Origin: Lepidodermella squamata | Lineage: Eukaryota > Animalia > Gastrotricha | Direction of reading: 5' to 3' | Assembly (NCBI GenBank): GCA_047495785.1 | Contig: JBLDXI010000024.1 | Span: 2,976,001-3,040,000 of the forward strand | DNA: 64,000 nucleotides | In this document: one piece after another, positions 49,490-62,343 of the stretch | How positions within the stretch are numbered: position 1 is the first letter of the stretch | Layout: each line of letters begins with the position of its first letter | Notes under the pieces: model-generated | What the model saw: only the letters and a program-made list of their open reading frames with translations | What the model was told of the DNA's origin: nothing | The model's database searches: none | Position numbers and translations under genes: made by a program

Positions 49490-50447
49490 ATGAAATTGAT
49501 AGCTTCATTGAGCATCGCCATCTTTGGTTTGTCCTTTGTCTTGATTTGCGAGGCGGGAGTTCCAACTGCTAGACGACGACCGAAGTCCAGCAAGTGGCGC
49601 CGCATTGCCCTCGGCGATATTTCGAATGCCAACTCGAATTTGAACAGGGTTGAAGGCAGCCCGTTCTATCTCTACTATGAGTTTGAAAAAGACTCCGTCG
49701 AGGAGGCGCCTCCCTACTTACCATGGTGGATCTATTATCACCAAAAAACAACTTCGACAACGACAACGACAACGACAACTGAAGCTTCGGTAAGCAACTT
49801 TTAAATCAGCAATGTAGACTTTTAACCGTCAGGACCTACTATGTCGATAGGTTGAGGAAAATTTGAGAAATTAAAACATTAGAGAAGGGCCTCCCGGTTT
49901 TTCTTGTCTGGGCCTCTTTTCAAAATGTATATAAAGCACACATTATATAAACTGTTAACTGTTAACGATATATTAGCAGGTATTCTTTCGGTGCCTTGGG
50001 CCAGGAGGTGTAGTTACCTGCCGACCGACAGCTTGCCTGAAAAACGAAAGGCCATACCCAGCAACACCTTCCCCCAGCATGTCTGCATGCGAGAATGCTG
50101 TCAAAGTGATAACGGTCAGAATTAACACAGTACCCCCAGTAACGCATGCTGAAGCTGAGGCAACGTGTACGGCCACGGGCGGACTGCTGACAACGATCAA
50201 GTCATCAGAGGAACTCACCTTTGTTTCTCCGGATCTTGGCTCTAATTATGGTTGGATCGGTTTGTCGCTGGTTTCCGGACAATGGACGTGGTCGGATGGC
50301 GCGCCGTATGCCAACGTTCCGCCATGGGCTGCGGGCAGACCCGTTGGTGGCTATAGCTGCGTTTTGCTGCACCAGTCTGAAATCGTAGACACTGATTGTA
50401 ACTTGTCGGCGACTGCTTTTCTCTGTGAAAGCTATAGTGATCAGTAA
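49490..50447 (+). CDS. C-type lectin with Thr stalk (copy 5)
   Basis: Close paralog of copy 3; CTLD in ORF 50079..50447. Confidence 0.85.
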
Positions 50448-51066
50448 AATTTAGCTTCTCTTTATCAAGTTTTCGATAATTTTACTGTTAAATAAAATTT
50501 ATGATCGTCATGCTTTATTACTATGATTTTCTAAAGGTTTGGTTTCGAAAGAATGAATCAAATAATAGATTTTGTTAAGCTTGTTCGACCCCGGATTATC
50601 GGACCAATAGGTAACCTGTAGTTCTTTTTGAATTTTCTTGTCTGGACATGTCGAGGTGGGTAGTACGATGGCTATATCTTGAACAGTCTCAAACCCCGAC
50701 TTTCCGACCTCAAGCGGCCGGAGAGCCTTAATTTTGCAGCCTGCAGAGGGCAAGGGTCTGCCAAGCTCTTGCGTTGCGTGCGGCCAGATGGCCCTTGCCA
50801 TGGCATAAGGTCAAAGTTGATTTTTCATAATTTTAGTATGACTTGAAGCGAAAATAGAGCCGATAGAAAAATCATATAAAAATTGAACCGAGGCACAAAT
50901 TTGGCTTTGGGTTATAATTTTATTAAAATAACCACCATTTCTCGCCATGATAATCTTCATGTATCATAATGTAAATGTCAGTCTACTTGGATACTTATAG
51001 AAGTCATTTATATCTGCAAACTTGCGTCAATTACAAAATTCTCTTGAGTGTTGGAAACGCTCAATT

Positions 51067-53436
51067 TTAGTGTAAGCCTCTGCGATTTTTCCAGATCGGT
51101 ACAATCCAGCTAACTGAACCCATAAGAGATTGGCCCAACGCAATAAAAGATATAGCTGTTTGCTGTTCGGAAATGCTTCGCCCCAGCAATGCAACGATAA
51201 CAACAGCGACAAACATCATAACAATAGCATTGTATAGCCCGAAAACCATGAATGAAAAGTCGCCATACGAATGCATCTTTAACTGCCGCATTTTGTAAGA
51301 TACGTAGCAGCCAATCAAAGCCGGTACCAGCTGACCAGCCAATAAGATTCCGATCCATATTCGGAAACCCGAAGAAGTACAGATCGTAGCGAAAGTTTGA
51401 CGAAGAACGTCATTCTCATCGTCGTAAAAACTGCTCATTATGGGGGATTCGCAAATTAAAGGATCCGCTCCCAGCCAGACTGATAGGAAGAAACCGATGA
51501 GGAACGCAGCTGAAAAAACTTTCTTAGATATGCCGTAGTCAGCTGTTGCCCAGTCAGCAGCTGTAGCTTCAACTTTCATCGTCATAACCTTAGACGTCCC
51601 CGGAGCTCCTGCAGCGTCGCCCGATTCAATGCTGAATCCGACGGATTGAACAGTATTTGCTGTGATTTGTTGAGTTGAGTTGATACTAGAATTCCGGCTA
51701 GATCTGCGGCTTGATGATGCCCTTCGATTCCTGTCCAAAGGCCTGACTTTATGTTTGGAAAAGAATTTATACACCAGGAAGATTCTTAAGTACAATACAG
51801 CTAGAATGCTCCCACTGCCAATTGATAACGAGACAATTCTTGAAATCCATAGCAAGCGAGATGTATTTGGGATTTGCGGAGTCTCAACCGCGAAAAGTAC
51901 AGCCGTAGCATTCAATATCAAGCAGGCGAGTAATCCAGCCAATTTTGTCACAGGGTTTGACATAATGACGTAATTATGATGCTGCTTCATCATGAAAAGG
52001 ATGAAGACCATGGATATAAGTTGAAATGCCGTTAGGCTGGATGATATCGATGTGATTGCAATGAATAGACTCTCAGGGACTTGGTCTTGTAGGTTAACCA
52101 AGCTTTTTTCATCTCTAGGAGGGCGACGGTCTTTCGTGAGCCATTCAAATGGCTTTTCATTCGGTCTTTCGTTGTTACTTAGCATGTACCCATCAAAATT
52201 TGAACTTGCTGCAGACGGGTTTTGCGTCATGACGTAGATGTACCTGATCCCTGTCTCCCGCCTCCAATAACCGATGACTTGAACATCGTTATCAACTTGT
52301 CCAGACGTTTTACCATAAAGCATTCTGCCAATCCTCAGGCCAGTAACATTCGACTCGAAGACTGACTGATTCGCCACTTTCATCACTAATTGCGGGTTCG
52401 CCCTTGAGTCCCGAAGTGTCAAGTTGTAGTTTCGTTTCAAGACTTTCTCAGTTTGGTCCAGGGCCATTATTCCACGCAAAACAACATCATAGCATAAGTT
52501 TCTGTTCTCATAATCGGCTATCTTAGTGCCATTCATGTATCTGTCCAACATTGATTCGAACTCAGGTATGGTATGTCCTAGTTCAGACCTGAAATCCGGC
52601 TTAGGATTGTCGATGAACAAAGTTTGACCTATCCAGAAGGTGAACTTCATCTGTTCAATAATCATCGCCCTAGTGCATCCGGGGTAGATATTTTCCGGGT
52701 AGCCAGTTAAGGGATCAGCGTAGACTGACATATTGATAATGAAGACATAACGAGGCCCAGTCATTCCGGCTTTGAAAGATTCGCAAAGTAGCCGCCGAGC
52801 GAAGACTAAAGGAGCTGCGTAGAGAACCATGATTCTCATGTCGTTCCTTTTCAGCGATTCGATGTTTTCAGTAGAGATGTCTAAGACAATGTCAAACCAA
52901 GGGACGGCGATGCCCTGTTCAGTTGCCAGGTTCTGAATTCCTAGGGCTGTTGAGTAGTCATTGACATTTGCTGCGTTAGAAATGATCGCAATCCTGTTCC
53001 AGCCACCGATTTTCTTAATGAACTGCACATTCGCCATTGCAGTCACCCTGCCAGTGGAGACCATGAGGTACAGATTCGGGTACAATTTCCGATCAGTCAG
53101 CAACGGAGCAGCGCAATACGTACTGATGTCCACGAGATTGAAATGGTGGAGTAAAGTGCCTATCGCTTTGCAGCCAGCTGAAAAATTCGGCCCCAGTGTG
53201 ATAGGAGAAGGGTGGTTGATGTCTGTGTTACTTCCGACTTCGAAACGGCGCCCGTATGATGTCATGAGGCTTGCCGCTCTAATACCGGCAGCTTCATCTT
53301 CGAACTGCATCCTGATGCGGTAATCGGGTAGAATGTCGCTCCGGTTGTTGATTGTATCAGCGACAATTTGTGCGGCAGCTCGGCATGTTTGACCGTTTTT
53401 TGGCTCAGCCCCTGTATGTAAAGGAAAGTTATTCAT
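51067..53436 (-). CDS. GABA-B-like class C GPCR (second subfamily); 5' end and signal peptide uncertain
   Basis: 789-aa ORF paralogous to 29035-31545 (INNRSDILPDY, LGPNFS, YPNLYL, WLTKDRRPPRD, 7TM). Confidence 0.88.
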   Translation of the reverse strand: MNNFPLHTGAEPKNGQTCRAAAQIVADTINNRSDILPDYRIRMQFEDEAAGIRAASLMTSYGRRFEVGSNTDINHPSPITLGPNFSAGCKAIGTLLHHFNLVDISTYCAAPLLTDRKLYPNLYLMVSTGRVTAMANVQFIKKIGGWNRIAIISNAANVNDYSTALGIQNLATEQGIAVPWFDIVLDISTENIESLKRNDMRIMVLYAAPLVFARRLLCESFKAGMTGPRYVFIINMSVYADPLTGYPENIYPGCTRAMIIEQMKFTFWIGQTLFIDNPKPDFRSELGHTIPEFESMLDRYMNGTKIADYENRNLCYDVVLRGIMALDQTEKVLKRNYNLTLRDSRANPQLVMKVANQSVFESNVTGLRIGRMLYGKTSGQVDNDVQVIGYWRRETGIRYIYVMTQNPSAASSNFDGYMLSNNERPNEKPFEWLTKDRRPPRDEKSLVNLQDQVPESLFIAITSISSSLTAFQLISMVFILFMMKQHHNYVIMSNPVTKLAGLLACLILNATAVLFAVETPQIPNTSRLLWISRIVSLSIGSGSILAVLYLRIFLVYKFFSKHKVRPLDRNRRASSSRRSSRNSSINSTQQITANTVQSVGFSIESGDAAGAPGTSKVMTMKVEATAADWATADYGISKKVFSAAFLIGFFLSVWLGADPLICESPIMSSFYDDENDVLRQTFATICTSSGFRIWIGILLAGQLVPALIGCYVSYKMRQLKMHSYGDFSFMVFGLYNAIVMMFVAVVIVALLGRSISEQQTAISFIALGQSLMGSVSWIVPIWKNRRGLH

Positions 53437-55049
53437 CCTTAGACAATTCTGGGGCTGACAAGGTCACTTTTCCAAAATAGTACAAGTTCATAAATAAATG
53501 AATGCATCATAAAAAAAGAACGTAAATTATTGGCGACCACGCGCTCTTCTTACCCGCCCGTCATGAGCGCGAATTTCTCCCATTTGTAAACAGCCTTAGC
53601 ACTTTACAGATGAGCTCAAACTTTGCAAATCGGCTCACCAGGCTCCCAAATAATAAAATAAAAAATAAAAATTGAAAATATCCGAACATTGAATGTGGTG
53701 GCCTCGGAGAATCGAACCCTAGGCGCCCGCAAACCACGGTTTCGCGTGAAAAACGCGATGTGCTATGTTTATTTTTACCTGTGGCGCAAAGAGCTCGAAT
53801 CCTATTACGAAGAAACGGTCAGCATCATTCAAAAAAGCGGGGTCGCTAACCACTCCTAGATCACTCCTAGCTAGGATGGCTGCAGAAATTTCGATGTTGC
53901 GGAATTTTCATAGATTATGGGAAAATACCGAAAAAGAGTAGAATTTGCGCGCTATTTATTTTGAATTTTCTCCAATAAATTGAAAATCAACAGGTTCTGC
54001 AATATGCAAATTAGGTTCAGTGTAAAATTTAATCAGGCCAATTTAAAAAAAATTGAATTATTTATTAATTTCCCAAATTTCAATCGATTTAAAATAAAGC
54101 AATAATGTTAAAAATGTGAAACCTGTGAATGGAATCATGTGAAGTAGATCCATATTGAATGGCTTATCGATAGCAGCTTGAAGGCCATTGAAAATTGCCA
54201 TCATTTCCAACGCGATGAAAGACGTAATAAATCGCATTTTAATTTTGCTGGAAAATTCACGAACATCAGGGTTTTGAACAAAGGAAAAGTGTAAATTTGC
54301 AATGTTTGTTGCACTATTACAGTCCGCCCCAGAAGTCCCAGAAGTCTACTTGGGGCGGAACAGAAAACGGAAAATCGACAAGACAGCTTTTTTCGAACTT
54401 ATTCTTTTAAACTGAAATAAACAGTTTTCGCTGCAGTTTCAATTTTGACGCGCTGAGTAATTAATTACTTCGGGGATTTTTTGAATAAACATTATTCGCA
54501 GAAGAAGTATCATTATTTGTGTAAAAAGCGCGGTCAGAAAAAGTCTTATCGATTTCGCAATTTTTTTAAGAGCCACATTTTGCCTGGTCTTGCACCAGGA
54601 TCGCCCATTCAAATGTTTTCAAGACTTAAATTGTGCACTTTTCTTCCGATAAAAACCCTGGAGGTTGGGTAGAAAAATGACAACTACGTATTTCATTTCT
54701 TTTAAAGCAATTTCCATCAAGGATAATGGAATCTATAATCTAGTTTTAATCAAGTTAATTTCCGAACCTCCGTAAAACTTTTGTCCAAGCTTATTCTTTC
54801 AGCCTGTCTGCGTCGTATGTGAACTCTATTTAAATTAATTGATTCAAGACATTCTAACACCAATCAACTCTGAAAGCTTTCTCGGCAATGTTCAAATTTT
54901 ATTTTGTCCACCTGATGCTATAGCATTCATACAAAAAGGAACGTTATTTTCCACAAGAATTGAGTAAAAAAATGCACGTAATTATTTTGATTTTGATTTT
55001 TAATAATAATTTTTGTGGGTGAAACAGTCAGCTTTAGGTGGAATACTTA

Positions 55050-56700
55050 TTATTTTTCATTAGACGCCGCCTCCTCCTCGTCCTCGACCGCAGCTGAGTT
55101 CATTTCGAGGTCCTTGCGGAACCGGTACCGGCGCCGAGCCGCTGCCGCTGCTGCGGCGCTGTTCAGTGCCGGATTCGCCGCAGCTGCCCGCACTCCGCCG
55201 GTATTTCGCACGCCGGCAATAGCTGGCCCGACTGGAACGGCAGCCACAGCTACTGGCGTAACTACTGCGGCGGTGGCAACCGGGGCGATATTTTCGACAA
55301 TTGCCGGCCTCACGACTGTTTGCTTCTGGAAGGTCTCGACGATGGGCTATGGAAATAAAGAAAAATTTGAAATAATTTACTAGCACATTTTAGAAACTTC
55401 ACTAAGAATATGAGAAATTTGACATTGAAAAAATTGAAATTTGGAAAAAATTTGAAAATTTTTATTATTGTTTTTTTATTATTTATATAAAATTTAATTT
55501 TAAAAATTGAATGGAAAAATTGAATGAGTGCAAAAATCGACCAGAGGAAATTCAAATGCTGAAAATGAACTTTCAGCGACAGATTCAAATATCACTGTTC
55601 AGCTTACCAATCAATTTGAATTTTCATCAATGTCAATAAATTATTTAATTTCCTCATTCGAAAAATTATAGCAATTATACTGAAGACAATTGAAGTGAAT
55701 TGAGGTTGGATTGAGGTTTCTAGGTCATCGCCACGCACCTATTAAAAAAGTGAACTGACTAAAATATAAACCTGCAAAATTTTCTCCTGTTGAATGGTTT
55801 GAATAACGGGTTGAACGATGGGCTGAATGATGGTTGGCTTCTGGATGGCTTGTTCGATGATTTCAGCCTGGTAACGCTCGGGGTGGAAGGCGTTGTTGAT
55901 GAGGACACCCTCAGCCAGGCCTCCTCGATCGACGACGGTGGCTTCGACTACGGCAGGCTTGACAATGGTCGGTCCAGTCATGGATTGAACGATCGGCTGC
56001 AAGATACGCTGCTGTTCCACCCTAAAAATAAATTAGTCATTAAATTAACGGAGAAATTTAACAAATTTCTTGATAAAAAATTTAAAATTTAAAATTTAAA
56101 ATAAAAAAAAATTAAAAATATTGAAATTTAAAAATATGAAATTTGCGCAAAAATTTAACAATTGAAATGAAATATTGAAAAATTGGAAATTATAAATCAA
56201 ATTTTAGAGAAAATAGTCATGAATTTTTCTGTATTAAAAAAAACGGATTTTTGAATTTTAAAAAGTTGGTACAATTCTGAAAAAATTAGACGAACCTCTG
56301 AATGACGGGTTGAACAATGCGTTGAACGATCGGGCCTGATTAAAATTATTAAAAAATAAGAAAGAAATGAATTTTCGCAATTTTTACTTTGGCTGATGGC
56401 TGGTTGAATGATTGGCTGTTGAATTTGAGCGGAAACAGCGCCCATGGGTACGGCCATTGCTGGTACCGCCATTCTGGCGCCACCGCCCATTGCGCAGCCA
56501 CCGCAGCCACCGGCCTGGCCAGCCATAGCTAGTTCACTGGCAGCGGCCATTTCATTAGCAGCCGCCACTTGATTTGCATTGGCAGCATTCGCCAATTGAT
56601 TGGCAGCCGCCGCAGCCATAGGATTGCCGCCGCCGAGTTGCCCGAAAGCGCTGTGAGCCGAGGATAATACAGCAACAATGGATAAAATCGCAACAAACAT
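55050..56700 (-). CDS. Secreted low-complexity structural-type protein (Ala-rich with QPIIQP/QPIVQ repeats), 4 exons
   Basis: Signal peptide MFVAILSIVAVLSSAHSA. Exons about 56700-56388, 56335-56296, 56021-55772, 55347-55050 splice in phase across AT-rich introns. Confidence 0.75.
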
Positions 56701-59700
56701 GTTTGTAGATATAAAAATGTGTAGATAAAAACGATGGCTAAATCAGATCGGATGCTTTGAAACCGGCCTGGAACGGGCTTATAAAGCGCTGGAGCATTGC
56801 GTCATCGACTCAATAATTAGGAGATCGAAGTGCGTGTTACAAAACAAATCCCACCATCAATGAAAAACTTGGTTATATTTCATTGCCATTTTTTTATTTC
56901 TATCAACAATCGAATCGAATTCGATCAAATACAATCGATATCGTTTTACTTTACATACACTTGAAATAAGTAAGCAGCAATAAAACGGGGGAAACAAAAA
57001 AATGACTGCGGGGATTCTCTTTAGCGCTGAGTTCTCCAGGAAGATACTCACTTCTTCTCTAAAATTTAAATTTTTAAAAAAAGCTGATATCGATTCGAAG
57101 CGTTGATTTCAGAAATTAGGATTATTTCCCGATAAATATCCGCATCTTTTAAAACGAGCACGACTAGTTGTACCGAGTACATGGAAAATGGAAGACATCA
57201 GAATATCTTTCAGCGGAACCCAAGTCGAAATATGCCAATGGTCACTTTTTGAATATAACTCTACGAATTTTAGGCGAAGCATAAGTTCGGAATTGAACAC
57301 TCAGTCTTATAGAGATTCTCAAGCTGAGAATTTTGTGAAAATTTCATTGAAATTCGCGATTTTCACCTCACTGGTTTGCTTCATAGAGAGCGTAGTGCGT
57401 GAAAATTCAAAATTTTACACAAAAAACATTTTTATGGTGGATTTTTTACTCCGTATTTAAAATTAATTCGTTGCCATTACGAGATAGGAAGTGTCCTCTT
57501 CGATCACTACGTTCTCTTTGCTCGACAGTAAATACGAAAAATGACTGGATAAAACTTGAAACATTCTCCTCAAAGCCAAAACAATGAATTTCTATCGTGT
57601 TCAAAGTAGTACTTTTAAGTGTTCAAAGTTGTACCGGCTACCCTTGCAACTTTGAGCGCATGCCACGCGAAAACCACTCTATAGAAGGGCGTGCCTTTTT
57701 GGCTACTTCTTCAGAAAGGTATTCGCTTAGATTCGCCAATTTGGACCGCGCGGATATCTGCTATGGTTATCGCAGGGCAGCACTTCACAGTAGACCAAAA
57801 AAGCTGTTTTTTTGAGAATTTTTAAGGCAGAGACCGTGGCGACTATGGCGATGAAACTTAGCAAAATGTTAGATCTCAACGATATCTATATTCAGTAAAA
57901 TTCCCAAGTGATAGATCCCCATGGTTTCAGAGAAAAGCTGATTTGCGTGAAATGTTCAAACTTGTACCGGATTACGGTATCCGAAAATTGATTTCAGGCG
58001 CTAGAAAATTTCAAAATGTGTTTCCGCTACGGCAAATTAGGTTCTGCTCACCGTAAATTTGGTTCCGGTAAAAGGAAGACCCGAAAAAAATTCCATTGGC
58101 ATCGAGCAAGAAGCGACGTAACCGAAATTGCAAAGAATAAAAAAGAATTGATTGCCAGGGCGTTAGGAAAAAATGGTGCTATGGTGATTTCAATTAACAG
58201 CACAAATCTTCATATCATTTGAGTAGCACTTGCGGAAATGCCAAAAAATAAGTTAACAATTATTATTATAATTTTTTTAATTTCCATAAACTCGAAATAC
58301 ATGACAATTCTCAAAGTCATAGATACGTGGCTATGTTATCATTCTTTTTATCTGAATCAGCAGTGTAGATACATATATTGATATTGTAACTTAGAACATC
58401 GGACTTAGACATTGAGGCCCATTGAGTTTTATTGCATTTTTAATCGCATTTACAAGATCATCGGACTGAGACATCAGGCCCATTGAGCTTTATTGCATAT
58501 TTAATTGCATTTACGCTTAGGATAGAAATGTTCTCGTCGCGACAGACTTTTTCGATGACCAAACTGACAGGTATCATCCCGTGCTGTCGAAATTCGCACC
58601 CGGCTAGATTAATTAGTACAGTAAATTGCCGACGCGGAACGCATGTTACGGGGTTATATTAGCATTAGGTATAAAAGTCAGGGCATCCGAACGGTTTTAT
58701 ATCGCAGCGAAAATTTTCGTAAAATTTACTATTTGCGACAGAAAGGGAGACCAATCAACGCCATGATTAGAGCTCAAGCAGTTAGCCGGATTTTACTAGC
58801 AATCATATCAATGTATCTTTCGTTCGATTGGAGCGATGGTAAGGTCTTTATTGGCTTTTCGCGTTTCTCATATTACAGCAGTAATAGGAATTCACGATTT
58901 GGGGAAAACCTTTTTCATCCGACCAATGTCTTATTTCTTCCGACTCCGAAAATACAGTAAAAAAGTGACAATTCGGATCGCCATAAATCTTTCACCATAA
59001 AATTCTGCCGATTTAGGTACCAAAATAGGGTGCATAAAAGGGGTATGTCCCTACGGAAAATTGAGAAAATCGATATTTTAATGTCGAATGATTTTAGTCA
59101 CATTTTTGGTTGTCGGATAAAAATAGACATTGGCCGGATGAAAGAAGTCACGCCCCATGATTTTAACACTAATCGGGGAAATTGCCTAGAATATATTTAC
59201 ACGCACTGTAAATAAGCCGTAAATATATAGATTTTTATCATCGCGCCAATAACCGATAGCTAATTTTTATATTGATCTATAACAAATCACTTATAAATCA
59301 AGCCGAAAAATAATTATCGATTTCGATGAGGCCGTTGCAAAATTTACGCAAAAAATGGAGGCCGACAATTCTGCGCCGAAAATTGGTAGGATTAATTTTA
59401 TCGCGGAACAATTTCGAAATTCGAGATTTTCATGCTTCAGACGCAAGCCTGTTCGATATTATTAAATTTCATAATCATTTTGGATTAATATACGAAATTC
59501 TGCGAATTTTCACCCCTGTTTACATTATCAGATTATCCTAATTCGTGATTCGTCACACCTTCCAGGTTGAACCCGCCGTGGGGAATTATTATTTTTCTTC
59601 GAAAATTGAGGGCGCAAAGGCGCAGAATTCCGAACTGATAATTAGATTCCGCCTCTAATCAAGGATAATCCCATTATAAAAAGTGTTGACTCAAAATGCA

Positions 59701-60218
59701 CTTTCAGTGAATTCGCTGTAATTTCAAATTCTAGCTAGCCTTATGACCGACGCTTTGATGAGACAAGACAAGTTGCATTTGGTGAAAACGCTTGCGTCAA
59801 TGACTCGAAATGACCTCAGAGCTAATTACGCGGCTTGCATGACCGTATTTCGATCTGATAAGGTGTGCCGCTTCACTTCGGACGCCTACATTTGGGCGCA
59901 GCGCATCGCTGCACACGAGGACGCGTCTGGCCGGCGATTCAACATTTTGCCTCTATCGAGTAACAAAAGTAAACCTTGAAACTAGAAAACATCAAGTTTT
60001 CATGCTTTATGTATGACTTTTTTGAGATCAATAAAAAAGGAAGAAACGAAAGAATTTGCAGAAATGTGAAAGATATGGCGAAAATAGGTCAATTTATGAA
60101 TGTGATGTTCCTGGGAAAAATATTTCGTAATTTTTTTTCAAGCGCTCAATTTTCCAGGGCGCAAATGCTGGCAATTTTTTTTCACGCAAGTATCCCATAT
60201 TCATTACCGTCCAAAGGT

Positions 60219-60285
60219 TCCAAGGTCACCCCGTCCAAAATTACCATGCGTTACGCATGGTAATTTTGGACGGGGTGACCTTGGA
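60219..60285. repeat. Perfect 67-bp palindrome (33-bp arms)
   Basis: TCCAAGGTCACCCCGTCCAAAATTACCATGCGT-T-ACGCATGGTAATTTTGGACGGGGTGACCTTGGA. Confidence 0.9.
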
Positions 60286-61058
60286 CTTGACGGCTTTGCA
60301 GATCAATATATTTGTAAGGTTGAAGGATAGGAACACAGGGTTTGTTGCTTACAATTCCCCGTATCGGGATCAAATTCATATCGGGATCAATTTGGGACGA
60401 AATTCGGCATTGGCGTTCCCACAGCGTTGCTCACTCAGTTATCGAAAGAGAAATGAAGATCTGACGATTGGTTTTTGCAGGGAATTCACCTCCAGGGAAA
60501 ATGGCTCCAAAACATCCTTCAATTTTACCTTAGTCTTAGGTGTGGAAGTGTGTGTTTGTCAGGGTCCAAAGCGGATGTTGACTTCACAGTCGCTTTTCGC
60601 CAACTTCTAAAAATACTACCTGGGCAAATTTGGGATAAAAAATCCGCCGCCATACAAAGTTAAAGTGAATCGACGCTCGGCTTCGGCTCTAGCAATCGAA
60701 GCGAGATATCGAGCGATAAATGCAATCGATCGAATTGTAATAATTAGTTTAGCTTTTTTCCCCAGGACAATGAGTAATCCCCTACCATAGATAAATAAGT
60801 GAGAAAAGATAGGAAACTCCTGCATGAGCATTGTTCCGAAATTCGGCGTCAGCTGTGACCAATCGTTGAACTCTCGTCCATTTTCGTTTAATCAAAATTT
60901 TGGCAATTTTTCAAGCCTCACTTCTCACTCTTATTGCACAGCCCACCTGGCAAACGCTGCGCAAGACCTCAGCCTGAAGTGAGGGACATCTTGCCTAGAT
61001 TCCGTACATCGTTGTTATCCTTGTTATTCAACAATAAAGTAATTACTATCAATTACCA

Positions 61059-62239
61059 CACTGTAAAAAAAGTTCGCTATTTAGCACTTGGCATTTAGGA
61101 CGATCGGTTATTTAGAATAAAAATTAAAACAATTTCGAATCGCTTAATACCGTAAGGCGGTCTTACTTCGGACAGGGTAACTTCGGACACTTTTGACTTT
61201 GAACTGGAATTTCTCCTCAACCCCGGTGAATATAGAGACCGATCAAATTGCAAAAGATAGCCCTGAGTCTTGGCTTTCAAATGACACCAGAAACATTGAA
61301 AACAGATAAGTATGCGAAGAATAGTCCAACTTCTTGGCAGTCATGTCCCGCGACCCAAAATTGCTAACTTTCACCAGGTAGGTATTTTTTGCTGGAGAGA
61401 AGCGGAAAAGATAGAGCATCATCGATTTAGTAATGCTGTCATGTTCAAACCAATTTTTAACAAAAATTTTGATCAGGAAATGCTTTAGAAAACAAATGTT
61501 GTCCCGGGTAAGTTCGGACAGCTTCAAACTACGGAAAATTCAAAAAGATGTCAATTGACCTTGACATTTTTTAAACTCCATATTTTATTGAGAACAGCAC
61601 TAAGCTGCGTTGGGAGCACAATTCAATATTGAGGGTTCGAATCCCTCATCATGCATTTGGGTTTTTTTTAAGTTTTTTTTTCTTAAATCTGCTCACAAAT
61701 TTTATCTCGCTTTAATGTGAACTTTGACCCCTATCTAAATATTCACATTGAGCTGTCCGAAGTTACCCCAGTTGTGTCCGAAGTTAGCCGGACCAGTTTT
61801 CCTTTAATACCTTTACGGGAAAAATTAATTTTTTTCCGGAGTTGATACTAGAATATGCAGTTTTTCAAGGCGCATCTTTTGACATAAAGCCCGTCATAAA
61901 ATTCGTGCACCTCGAAAAACTAAGCCCCAAAAACACGTTTTTGTCCGAAGTAAGACCGCCTTACGGTACCAGAAAACTATTTAGAATAACCGGGGGTTAT
62001 TTATCCTGAGTAACATAGAGCAAAATGGAGTTTAGGGTGTTCAAAAATAGATTACTAAGAAAGCCCACCTTTTTATACTTTTTACCTAAAATTAGGTATT
62101 TATCGCCTCGAATTTCAGTTTTCGGTAATTAGAAGCTTCAATTGAAATTTTTAGGCTAAATGGGAGGCTCCCAGGGTCCTAAATGCCCGAGTAAAATTCG
62201 GTTATTTAGCGGCTAAATTGCGAACTTTTTTTTATAGTG
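61059..62239. mobile_element. CACTA/EnSpm-type non-autonomous element (2-bp CA TSD)
   Basis: CA|CACTGTAAAAAAAGTTCGC ... GCGAACTTTTTTTTATAGTG|CA. Confidence 0.75.
61150..61966. mobile_element. MITE with TA TSD nested in the CACTA-type element
   Basis: TA|CCGTAAGGCGGTCTTACTTCGGACA ... TGTCCGAAGTAAGACCGCCTTACGG|TA. Confidence 0.88.
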
Positions 62240-62343
62240 CATCTTTTTATAGTGCATATAGTGCATTTACCATTCGCATAGTAGTAGTGTAAAAGGGGCT
62301 TATGTCCCCTACCATCTGTTGCCCATAACGTTCCACCCTATTA

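Noticed and set aside
15219-53323. Many plus-strand ORFs overlapping the GPCR genes (e.g. 15219, 18792, 29684, 52961)
   Set aside because: Antisense shadows of long coding regions with no independent motifs.
53690-53740. tRNA B-box-like GGTTCGATTC (and GGTTCGAATCC near 61634)
   Set aside because: No convincing cloverleaf or A-box; at most SINE or TE-internal relics.
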